From assembly GCF_902713615.1 (NCBI RefSeq), contig NC_052161.1, forward strand, positions 42,545,908 to 42,609,907: a stretch of 64,000 nucleotides of DNA, given 5' to 3'. The notes under the pieces are model-generated. The model was not told where the DNA came from. It ran no database searches and worked only from the letters and a program-made list of their open reading frames with translations. This document shows positions 24,689-35,203 of this stretch, piece after piece; the first letter of the stretch is position 1, and the number at the start of each line of letters is the position of its first letter. A program made the position numbers and the translations under genes. The DNA is from Scyliorhinus canicula (Eukaryota).

Positions 24689-27600
24689 GTTCCTACACCC
24701 GTTGGTTGCCCAGTCAGTCAAACTGGCAAGTGGCATTAGTTCATGTAAGTGATGTTGGCATCCATGTGCCTGACCTTGCCATGTTCCTTGCCTGTTGCCA
24801 GACGTGCCCGCAGCCTCCCCGCCTCCCCATTAATATCAGAGCCAGTTGGGTCTGGACGCTGCCTATTAGAAACAAATAATTTAGATTGCGATAGAACTCA
24901 TGTTGATCCAAAATAAATACATCCTGCAAAGATTTGTAAATCAGGTAATCAAAATAATGCATCAACCAAAACACTCCTATCAAAATAATTTCAAGCTTTT
25001 GTAAGATGAATGGCATGTCATTCACTCCACCTATTGGCCGAATAAATTATTTCAAAAGTCCATCCTGAAGACTTTTTTTTAAAGACAGTGACATTGAAAT
25101 ATTATGGTGCCAATTTATTTTTCTTCAAATTAGTTTTCTTAAAATAAGTAAATATGTTGAAAAGTGAACAACACTTATACTGTCAAAATATTTTACCCAG
25201 AGGAGTTCTGGTAATAAACTGAAAAAATGCGTGTCATAATTGGTAGCTGTGTGCAGAAATGCTCCTTTAGCACTTGCAATTGAACTTCAATGTTTTAGCC
25301 TGGAGGAGGAAGGGGGTGTTGTTACTGCATTATTCATCTCATAAGGAAATAGAGCAATGCAATACAGAAATGACTGTGTGCCCTTATTTTTGAAATCTAG
25401 CAGAAATGATTACATGACCTTATTTCTGAAGTCTAGTTGACTAAGTGATAGCCAAGAGGTGAATTGCAAAGCAGATAAATGGGTGTTTAAATTACAGTTA
25501 CTGATGCTCCATTCTTTGAAGGGCTTATTTATTTCATTGTGTTATGCAACAACAATTAAACATGATGAAAATAGATAATAGCTTTTATTTAACTACTTGG
25601 AAAACATTTGGGGCACTTCATCAAATCATTTAATTAACAAAATCCGTACATTTGGACCTTGTATGCAGTAAGGAGGGCACTTCAGGTTGATGGAAATTAA
25701 GGACTTTATTCTTTGGTCATGGATGGTTGTGTTATTCTGCACTCATGTCATTTGGGAGTTATATTTTCCCTATTCAGGTAAACAAAGCACCAGGGAGACT
25801 AACTGTGTAGACTTAAAAAAAATTATGAATTCCTTCATCTCATCCTATTTTAAATATTTATCATTGAGAATACTTTAAGATTCTCTACCCATTTTAATCA
25901 TTTCACCGCCGTCCTCCCTGACTCAGGTCCCTACTGCCCCAACCCCAGAATTGGTAGTAGGGAAACAGGAGGTTGAAGGTCACGACCAGTTCACACTAAA
26001 GGATGTTGGGAAACAGATTTAGTCAGATTCGTTTTCACTTTGAGAGGTCAAAGAGTGATGAGATTTGGTTACTTAAATCTCAACAATAAACAACTTAAGA
26101 AAGTAATGCTTGAAGTTTGAAAATGCAAATATTTTATTTTATTCGAGCCTGTTGTATTCAAATTTTCACTGCAGCTTGGGATTCCATTAAATGTTCTGAA
26201 CATTTAATATTCACCATTAATATTTCAAAGTATATTTAGGATATTTTATGGGAAACAATTTAACCCGAGACCATGCATTGTTTCCATTTTGTGCTATAAA
26301 ATATTTACAGCATGAATAAACAAATTGTGTATTACAAGCACTTAAGGTTGTTGATTCAGTTTCAGATGTTTTCTAGAGTTTAAGCTCCCTCTGGTGGCTT
26401 CTGGGCTTAGTTTTCCTCCTGGGAGCAGACAATTGCTATTCACAAAGTTCAAAGAAATATAACTTCATTTGAAAATTCCCAATAAATCCAATAGTACGAC
26501 AAAAGAATATACAAGAACTCATTAGAATTGAGCAAATTCCATTGATGAGCAAGACTTCTTTCCTCGAAATTATGAATACATTTTTTTAAAAACTCAAGCT
26601 ATGAAAACATTAGAGTGTGGAATTATGATTCCTTGCCTTGTCTTTTGTTAGTTCATGAATATCTGGAACATACGGTGGCAGTCAGAATCCAGCGAGCCAT
26701 ACCTCATGAGAATATAAAGTCTACTTACACAGGGTTCCCAGTATTTTTCATGTTCTTATGGAAAATATCCTTTTGAAATCCCAAAGCAGCAAATTTTAAT
26801 CTCATTTGTGCATGTGAATGATGCAAAGACAGGGCTGAACAGCAAGGGGAACACTTTTTTAGCATAATTTCATTTGTCAGGAGAATCTTGCTGCTGACAT
26901 CGGAAGAGTGATCTAATTGATTTTAATCATACACCTGAGATTGAAAACTGGCTTTATCATGAAAAATAATTTTAACATGTCGAAAGGAGTACTGCTTCCA
27001 TCTAAACATTTCTCTTTTTTTTGTTGGTCTTTGAGACCTCCAAAAAATGAATTGTGCACGTATAGGAAAACTAGCAATACAACTCACTGGCAGTATGGTG
27101 CTTTCATGTGTTCCCCCAAAGTGGAGATACGAGGTGGCATTTTGTCGCTGTGTGCTGTTTCGTTGGGGGTTGATGGAGACTTCGCCACAACAGGCAAAAA
27201 CAGCGACCTTTGGCTTGTCGAGTTTCCTTAAGAAACGAAGCTGCGATAACATTTTGTCCATGACCAGTGCCAATTATTAGTAGAAGTTGGATGACTTTGG
27301 TTCCATAGGAAGGTCTTCTGCCAAATGTGAAAAAAATTGTAATCCTGCAGAAAGTTGATGTCAGTTTTGAATTTCCCCAAAGGACCCATGAGGTGCCTTT
27401 TTTTACATCCTGTGCCACTGATAAGGTATTTTAATATAAGTTGCATAATCTAATGTTCTTTAAAAAACCCATTCGGTTTCAAAACCCTTGCCCAACTATT
27501 TATTTAAGCGTAGAATTGTATTTTCCGAAGAGTTGTTTGGATACGTTTTTGGTTCTAACGCAGTGCATGGTTTTTGGAGATTTCAGCCCAAAAAGAAGAA

Positions 27601-28684
27601 ATATTTAAATGGCTGGGTTCATCACATAGGCGTGCTAAAATTATTTTTGAAGTATAAAGTTCAGTGGGTAAAAAATGTTACTTTTCATCTTTGATTATAT
27701 GGGCTTTGATTCAAGTCCAGGGATGAGTGACGAAGGTCAGCTTTTACTAATGACCACTGAGGATTAAAAGGATTAGTTGCTGCATGAGTATGCAATGCAA
27801 ATTGCTCCCAGTTCAGCAATCTGAGATCTCCAGGATTTTTTGAGTACGACTCAAGGGAAGAATGAATGCTACCAGGTGCAAGAAAGGGTGCTTTTGTGAC
27901 AGGAGAGTTCAAGATGCAGCACTGGGGAAGCCAAGGGAGTACACTTCCGAAATCTATTGACCTCGATTTCATTGAGATAAAATAATTGTGATATTTAGAC
28001 CCTTAACAATTTGCAATAAAAGCGACAGAAAAACCCTGGAACAATGACTTGTAATCCATGAATAATACAGCGATGTGGGTTACAATGAATTGAACTAAAA
28101 CATAATTTGGTGATTTGGGAAGACAGTAGTAGATCAAAACTTGAGCAGTTTAAGTTCCTTAGATATTATAAAAGAATATATTCACTGAAAGCCAAACTCA
28201 AACAAAATGGAGGCGTAGCTTTATTAGTGAAATTATTTTTTTACCCTTTTCACTGAGTATCAGACTAGCACATGGTACATTATACATACAGATATTTGCA
28301 TGGAGGCGTAGTGACAAATGAGGATCCTCACTGAAATATTATGTAATATCTGACCTGACTATCGCACAAAACCAAACCAAGCCTAAAGCATAATAATAGC
28401 CATAATATGATCCCAATTTCTAAGAATAAAATAATCGAAACAAAGAGTGCTCAGGAGAAGTGATAAGCAGTGCTGTCTCATGGATGAGAGACCAAAACAG
28501 ATGTTTATAAACAGAGCACCTGTTTGTCACAATTAGAGCAGTAAGAGTGAAAGCGAAAAAGATAACGTTTGCAATGAATGAGCCCCACAATAAGGTTGAG
28601 CCAGACTTGGGGGCTAATTAGGAATTTTGGAATTAGGTTAAATGGTAATAGATAACAGAGGTTGTGTTCTCTTAAAAACATAGA

Positions 28685-30280
28685 GGGCCGGATTTTCCAT
28701 TTGGGAAGCTATGGGCGGAATTCTCCATTAGCCGATGCCAAATTCAGGAAATGCGATTTGGCGGAGAATAGCTTCCGACGCCAAAATCGCAGCAGGCACT
28801 GATTTGACGCCAAATTGTGATTCTCCGATACCTCGAAAACACTATTAACGCGTTTGACTCTGCACGTACTGCAGTTACTGTTTGCATATCATTAGCGGGC
28901 CCGACCTTGTACTCTCCGGGGTCTCCGCGATTCTCTGCCTCCAATGGGCTGTGTTCCCGACAGCATGGTTCACTTGTGCTTTTAAAAATCATGAAACTGG
29001 CGTGGCGGCTGCTGAGGGGGAGGGAGGGGTTACAGAAAGTGTTTAACATGGCCACAGTGTGCTGACAGTTGTGCCGCTAGCTATGGGGCTTCTGCCAGGG
29101 CTGGGGGGAGTAGTGGGGGAGGCCAGGAGGTGGGCTGTGGGATAGGAGTGGTCGGGCGCAGAACACCATTGCCGCATCCGGCAAGGCAGCCAAGCAACTG
29201 CGCACACCACTAACAGCCTGCTTTGAACCTGGTGCCACGGGTCATATAGGTGATCCCCCAGGTCACACCCCAAGGCATCCTCTGGTCCCAGACAACCCAT
29301 CAGCTGTATAGGCACGCTCCAGCACAACCAGTGCCATCTTTTTGGCTGGGGAAGTGTGTGTGATCAATGTAATGTGTATGGGCGACTGCAGCTTGTCAAC
29401 CTCCCGAGTGTCAATCATGGACCCGACTTATCCCGCACCATTTTTCAGTGGAATCGAGTGTGTTCCACGCGACACTGGTGCGAGCCGTCACCAGTAGCAG
29501 AATCGGTCCAGGTGCGGCCCTGGTTTCTCTGTTGTGAAAGTCCACGGATTCTCCGTTAGCATCAGCAATGGAGAATCCCGCTTCATGTTCTCCCACTGGA
29601 GATGAATCCAAGATAAGTTTGAGCAGGAGTCCGAAGGCGATTCATTTACCCTTGCCATGCAAATCTATCCATGGCAGGGATTGCAAGAGATTCCCTCACA
29701 AATCCCACAATCGGGCCATCATTTTGAGTGAGCTGTCTGACAGCAAAGTCCCCCTCTCACAATGCAATTTTGCCCCCACCCCCACCAACCATGGGAATTG
29801 CTGGGTCATCTCCCATCCTGCCACAGTATGAGGGTGGCTCAATCCCCCAGCCACTGAAGCCCTACCAGAGAACCAGGTAAAGAGACCCCTACCAGAAATC
29901 CCCTCATTACAGAGACCTCCCACCAGAGACCCCCATTACAAAGAACCCCAACAGTCACCCGCATAGAGAGGCCCCGACCAGACATTGATTTTACCAGGCT
30001 GCGATTGACAGCTTGCACACTGCCAGCTGTCTGGGTTGTTTAGTTCCCCTTCACACTTGAATGAATCTCAAGTACTCTGCTGTGAAACTAACTGCAATTT
30101 TTATGAACATCTAGCTATGATTGACAGCTCTTGGACCATATCAAAATCAATCAAGTACTCTCACTTTTTCTTTTTCTCTACAGAAAGTACTTAACTCTCT
30201 TATGGGGTCTCTAGTGGGGGTCAATGTAATGTGGGGATTCTAGTGGGGATCTCCCTTTGGGGTAGCAGAGAATCCAGCCC
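28685..30280 (+). mobile_element. Harbinger-type non-autonomous host element (family G) containing a nested MITE
   Basis: TIR GGGCCGGATTTTC/GAGAATCCAGCCC; body 29587-29780 homologous to reverse complement of 60170-60413. Confidence 0.7.
28713..29583 (-). mobile_element. Harbinger MITE family C (nested)
   Basis: Reverse-complement homolog of 22170-23043; TSD TAT/CAT. Confidence 0.8.
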
Positions 30281-30347
30281 ATAGTTACTATGGACTAAAA
30301 ATTGGGTATGGCTCGTTTGTAACTGCAGGGAGTGTGGTACACAATTT

Positions 30348-30580
30348 ACATTTATTTTTATTTTTTTTAGAATATCCATTTCTTTTTTTTCCAAGTAAGG
30401 GGCAATTTAGCATGGCCAATCCACCACGCCTGCACATCTTTGGGTTGTGGGGGTGAGGCCCATGCAAACGCGGGGAGAATGTGCAATCTCCATGCGGACA
30501 CTGCCCCGGAGCCGGTAACGAACCCAGGTCCTCAGCGCCGTTAGGCATCAGTGCTAACCACTGCGTCACCGTGCCACCCC
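30348..30580 (-). mobile_element. Short V-SINE
   Basis: Reverse-complement homolog of 17732-17960. Confidence 0.85.
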
Positions 30581-30920
30581 TTGTGATGCTGAATAGCTGA
30601 CAATGTAGGCAACATGCACATTTTGAGCTGAATGCTTGTCTTCATGATTGAGGCACATTGTTGAATGGCTGCATGCTCAGAAGGGTGCTCAGGTTCATGT
30701 GAGGTCAGCACAAATTAATGCTGACCTGCACTTCTTACAGGAAGGTTCATTCTGACTAAAAGTTGGTGTTTGAACTGACTTTGAAAGTATTTCTCACAAT
30801 GAAGAAAGAGGAGAAATGAAGCATCAAGCCAATGAGAGTGCTCCCATGTTCTCCACCACAGTACGGGATATGGTGATATGCTTGGAGATAATATTACATG
30901 TACTCAACAATGTAAGCTCC

Positions 30921-31146
30921 CAGTGGGTTAGTCCTGCTGCCTCACGGCGCCGAGGTCCCAGGTTCGTTTCCAGCTCTGGGTCACTGTCCGAGTGGAATTT
31001 GCACATTCTCCCCGTGTTTGAGTGGGTTTCGCCCCCAACAACCCAAACATGAGGAGGCTAGGTGGATTGGCCACGCTAAATTGCCTCTTAATTGCAAAAA
31101 ATGAATTGGGTACTCTAAATTTGAAAGAAAAAAGAAACAAAAAACA
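30921..31146 (+). mobile_element. Short V-SINE, 5' clipped
   Basis: Homolog of 17732-17960. Confidence 0.85.
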
Positions 31147-31451
31147 GTGTGACCTCCCACCAATATGTGGCCATGTACTCAGCAGTATGACCTCCCACCA
31201 GCAGGCTATTGCAATCACAATTGCTGAAACCATCTAGGATGGCAGTGCATTCCTGCCATATCCATCTTCTCAAATCCCACTCCTCCTTCATCCTGTTGCC
31301 TGGTGTGAATTACAAGCTGCGGACAGAATGGTCTCTCTGCCCCACCCACTTCCCATCATTCCAACTCACCCATTCTGCATTTATACTTTCACACAGCCAA
31401 GAACTGCTGCCTGGTTAGAGAGTGCAGATGTTGAAGGCGATGATAGAGCAG

Positions 31452-32714
31452 GAGCGGGATTCTCCGACCCCCCGCAGGGTCGGAGAGTCGCCCGGGGCCA
31501 GCGTAAATCCTGCCCCCGCCGATTCCTGGGTGGCGGAGAATTCTGGCCATGGCGGGGGCGGGATTTACATGGGATGATGGGAAGCGGGTGGGGCAGAGAG
31601 ACCATTCTGTCCGCAGCTTGTCCGGTCAGCGGGCCCCCCGCGGTGATTCTCCGGCCCATGATGGGCCCCAAGTCCCGCCGCTGACAGACCTCTCCCGCCG
31701 ATGTGGTTTAAACCAGCTCTGGTACCGGCAGGAGCAGGCCCCGGGGTCCTGGGGGAGGCGCAGGGCGATCTGACCCAGGGGGTGACCCCACGGTGGCCTG
31801 GCCCAGGATCGGGGCCCACCGATCGGTGGACGGGCCTGTGCCGTGGGGGCACTCTTTTTCCTCCGCCGCCGCCACGGCCTCCACCACGGCGGAGGTGAAG
31901 AGACGCCCTCCACCGCGCATGCGCTGGGGTGACGTCAGCGGCCGCTGATGCTCCGGAGCATGCGCGGACTCAGGCCGACCGGCGAAGGCCAGCTGGCAGG
32001 GCGCCAAAGGCCGTACCCGGCGGTCGGAGAATTCCGCACCTTTGGAGAGACCCGATGCCGGAGTGGTTCTCACCACTCCGGCATCGGGCCTCCCCAAAGG
32101 TGCGGAATTCTCCACACCTTTAGGGGCTAGGCCCGCACCGGAGTGGCTCCCGCTCTGCCGACTGACGCGAACGGCCTTTGGCGCCCCGCCTGCCGGTGCC
32201 ATGGCTGGCCGAAAGGCCTTCGCAGGTCAGCATGAGTCCGCGCATGCGCCGGAGTGTCAGCAGCTGCTGATGTCACCCCGGCGCATGCGCGGTGGAGGGG
32301 GTCTCTTCCGCCTCCGCCATGGTGGAGGCCGTGGCGGTGGCGGAAGAAAAAGAGTGCCCCCATGGCACAGGCCTGCCCGCCGATCGGTGGGCCCCAATCG
32401 TGGGCCAGGCCACCGTGGGGGCACCCCCCGGGGTCAGATCACCCTGCGCACCCCCCCAGGACCCCAGGGTACTGCTCCCGCCGCCTGCTCCCGCCGGCAC
32501 CAGAGGTGGTTTATACCATGTCGGCAGGAGAGGCCTGTCAGTGGCGGGACTTCGGCCATTGCAGGCCGGAGAATTACCACGGGGGGGCCCCTGTAAGCCG
32601 TGATTCCTGCTCCCACCGATTCCCGGGTGGCCGAGAATTCCGGCCACGGCGGGGGCGGGATTAACGCTGGCCCCGGGCGACTCTCCGACCTGTGGGGCTT
32701 TGAGAATTCCACCT
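31452..32714. mobile_element. Fold-back (palindromic) Harbinger MITE related to family A
   Basis: TSD CAG (31449-31451, 32715-32717); two ~600-bp arms inverted about GGAGTGG-TTCTCA-CCACTCC (~32060-32079). Confidence 0.8.
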
Positions 32715-32906
32715 CAGATATTTGATGGAGAAGCATCATCACTTAATCTGAAACCGGTAGTCAACAGCTCCAATATTAGTCACGTAAAAACTTTCAAAAA
32801 GGCATTCAAAAGATGAATACACAAATTCAAAGGAAAACACTGTATACAAAAAGATGTACTTTTTTCATTTTTGTCATATCCTTAAACCTGTAACGAACTG
32901 CAGAAA

Positions 32907-33098
32907 AATAGTGGAGGAGTCCGTCGGCGGGATCTTCCGTTTTTCCGGTAACTTAGTCACGCCCATGGATTTTCGGACAGTGTGGGGCTGCCCACAATGG
33001 GAATCCCTATTAGCTGGCTGCCCGGATGGAGAATCCCGCTGCCGACGGGGGCACGCCTCACCAGAAAACGGGTGCAGCGGGACGGAGAATCCTGCCCA
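32907..33098 (-). mobile_element. Short (~190 bp) Harbinger MITE family F
   Basis: Reverse-complement homolog of 38445-38632; GGAGAATCCTGCCC end. Confidence 0.75.
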
Positions 33099-33142
33099 AT
33101 ATTTTTTAGAGTCCTCTTGAGAGAATGACAGGAACTTGGGGA

Positions 33143-33176
33143 TGGGGGGGCGGGGGGGGGGGGGGGGGGGGGGGGC
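33143..33176. repeat. Poly-G tract
   Basis: Direct reading. Confidence 0.9.
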
Positions 33177-33295
33177 AAGATGGGTGACAAGTTGTACAAT
33201 CACAGAGTACTGAATAGCTGAGGCAAAATATATTTTCAATGTGCAATGGAAGGAAAATACTGATTCAAAATTTGTGATCACAGTTTGGAGATATG

Positions 33296-33963
33296 GGGCA
33301 CGATCTAAAGTCATGTCGCGCCCAATGCGGGACGTGACAGGGATGGCGAATCTCCTCGCCCCACCTCACGACAACTGATGGGATCTGGCGAGACGGAGCA
33401 ATCTGGATCCCACCCACAAATTTGCATATTTAAGTTTGCAGTTCTGCCTCACTGAGGGGATACCCGCCGGGCGCCGTTAGCACTGGTCTCCACAAACAGG
33501 TAGAACGGCACTTGGGGGATCTACCAGGCGATCAGAGCCCTTGATGGTCAGTCTATGGGCAGGATTGCACCGTGGCACTGCAGATGCCACCCAGGCACCC
33601 TGGCAGTGCCAGGGTGCCCAGGTGGCACTTGCCAGCCTGGCAGGGGCAGTGCCTGGCTGGAACTGCCAAGATGGCATTTTGCCTGTGCCAGGGATCAGGT
33701 CTGGGGTTGCCCTGCCCTCATGAGGTGTGGTGCGGGGGGACTCGAGGACCCCTAAACAGGTATGTTGGAGGGCCCGGAGATTGCGTTGGAGGATCAAGAG
33801 AAAATGACACATGATCTCTTCCTGCATTGATGAGCAGAGCCCAAGGCGGAGCGAGGCCTGAAAAAAAAGAGTCCCGCTCGATAATGGGGTTGTTCCCAGC
33901 ACTTAAACTCCCCTCTAAACAAGCCCGCAACGGGACTCTCTTTTTTCCCGTTAAATCTCGCCC
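33296..33963. mobile_element. Harbinger-type non-autonomous element (family B)
   Basis: TIR GGGCACGATCTAA/TTAAATCTCGCCC; TSD ATG (33293-33295, 33964-33966). Confidence 0.75.
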
Positions 33964-35203
33964 ATGATTTTTAATAACTTATACAGTGAAATCACACATT
34001 CAACAACTTGAGCAGTTAAAAAATCTGTAAGATAGTTTTCATTATATATGGATAAATTAATTGTACTTTCCACTTGTGATATAATATTGCTGAGAAACAG
34101 TAATAACGATAATACCAGCATCAGATTGCCAATGCAAAATCCCATGAGCTTTCAGCACAGCTTGCAAAGTGCCGGCATAACTTACCTCCTCTGAGTTGGC
34201 CCCAAGATGGTGTCAAATCAATTTATCTTGAATGTAAACAGTAACAGTGTTGCACTGTGGCCTGTTTATCCACAGATTCCCTTTTTCTTCATTCACTGTG
34301 ATGATACATAAAACACTTAATATACCATTATTTTTACTGAAGAGTTTAAAACACTTAATTTACTCTGCGGACCATAAAAGCACTAATGTCCAATTTCAGC
34401 AATAGTTTTATGTCATCTCTACATTACAACAGCGACTACATTTCAAAAAGTACCTCATTGGCCGTGAAGGGCTTTGGGACATTCTGAGGTCATGTAAGGC
34501 ACTACACAACTGTAAGTTTTCTCTGTCTCTATCTACCTATCTACAATCTAATCTATAAATTGTACATATTTATATGAGAAAATGTGTATGTGCGTGTATG
34601 CATGAGCTGAATCCTTGATCATATTGTGCATGAAAAAGTGAGGTAATTTTAAAGAGTACATTTCAAACATTTCCATGTTCATGAATAGAACTAAAATGAA
34701 TTCAGAGAAATGGGAGTCCGAGGTGCACTGCGCATAAAAAGCTATTGCTGTCCTACCGAGCAGTCTGGTTTTAATAATGTATTTAGCTGCTGTCTGGTGT
34801 TTCCTGCCGGTGAGAACAGGCTCCCTTATACAAGTGACTCTTGTGAAATGTTGTATCATTAATCATTCTGATTACAAAAGAAATGTAAAATTTATTTTTG
34901 TCAGTCTGATATGTAGGTACCTGCTTTTAGCCACGGATGGATATGATTTAAGAGTTTTATGCAATGTTTTCTCTTGCTCTAACTTCTTTGCAACGACAAG
35001 AACTTTGAAATCTCTTGACTAAACTAAGCAGATGTGCTGGTGAATCATCTAGTGAAAGTATAGTTTCTCGAGAGGTCTATGGGCTGGAGATTCCAGGGGC
35101 CCTGCTCTGTCAGTCTGAACAAATAGTCCTTGCCTTGCTGATGGTTGAAGACCGAATCCCAGATCCCAGAGATCTGGTCATTTGCTTATTTATGGTGCAC
35201 TCC

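Noticed and set aside
26917-27446. Several 70-116 aa ORFs in unique DNA (also 17194-17543, 19969-20352, 21402-21819)
   Set aside because: No recognisable motifs or convincing splice sites; lengths are compatible with chance.
31328-32742. Dense overlapping ORFs in GC-rich segments (also 4204-5317, 39102-39860, 53461-55551)
   Set aside because: Stop-poor GC-rich MITE sequence; the same peptides recur in each copy and have no recognisable domain.
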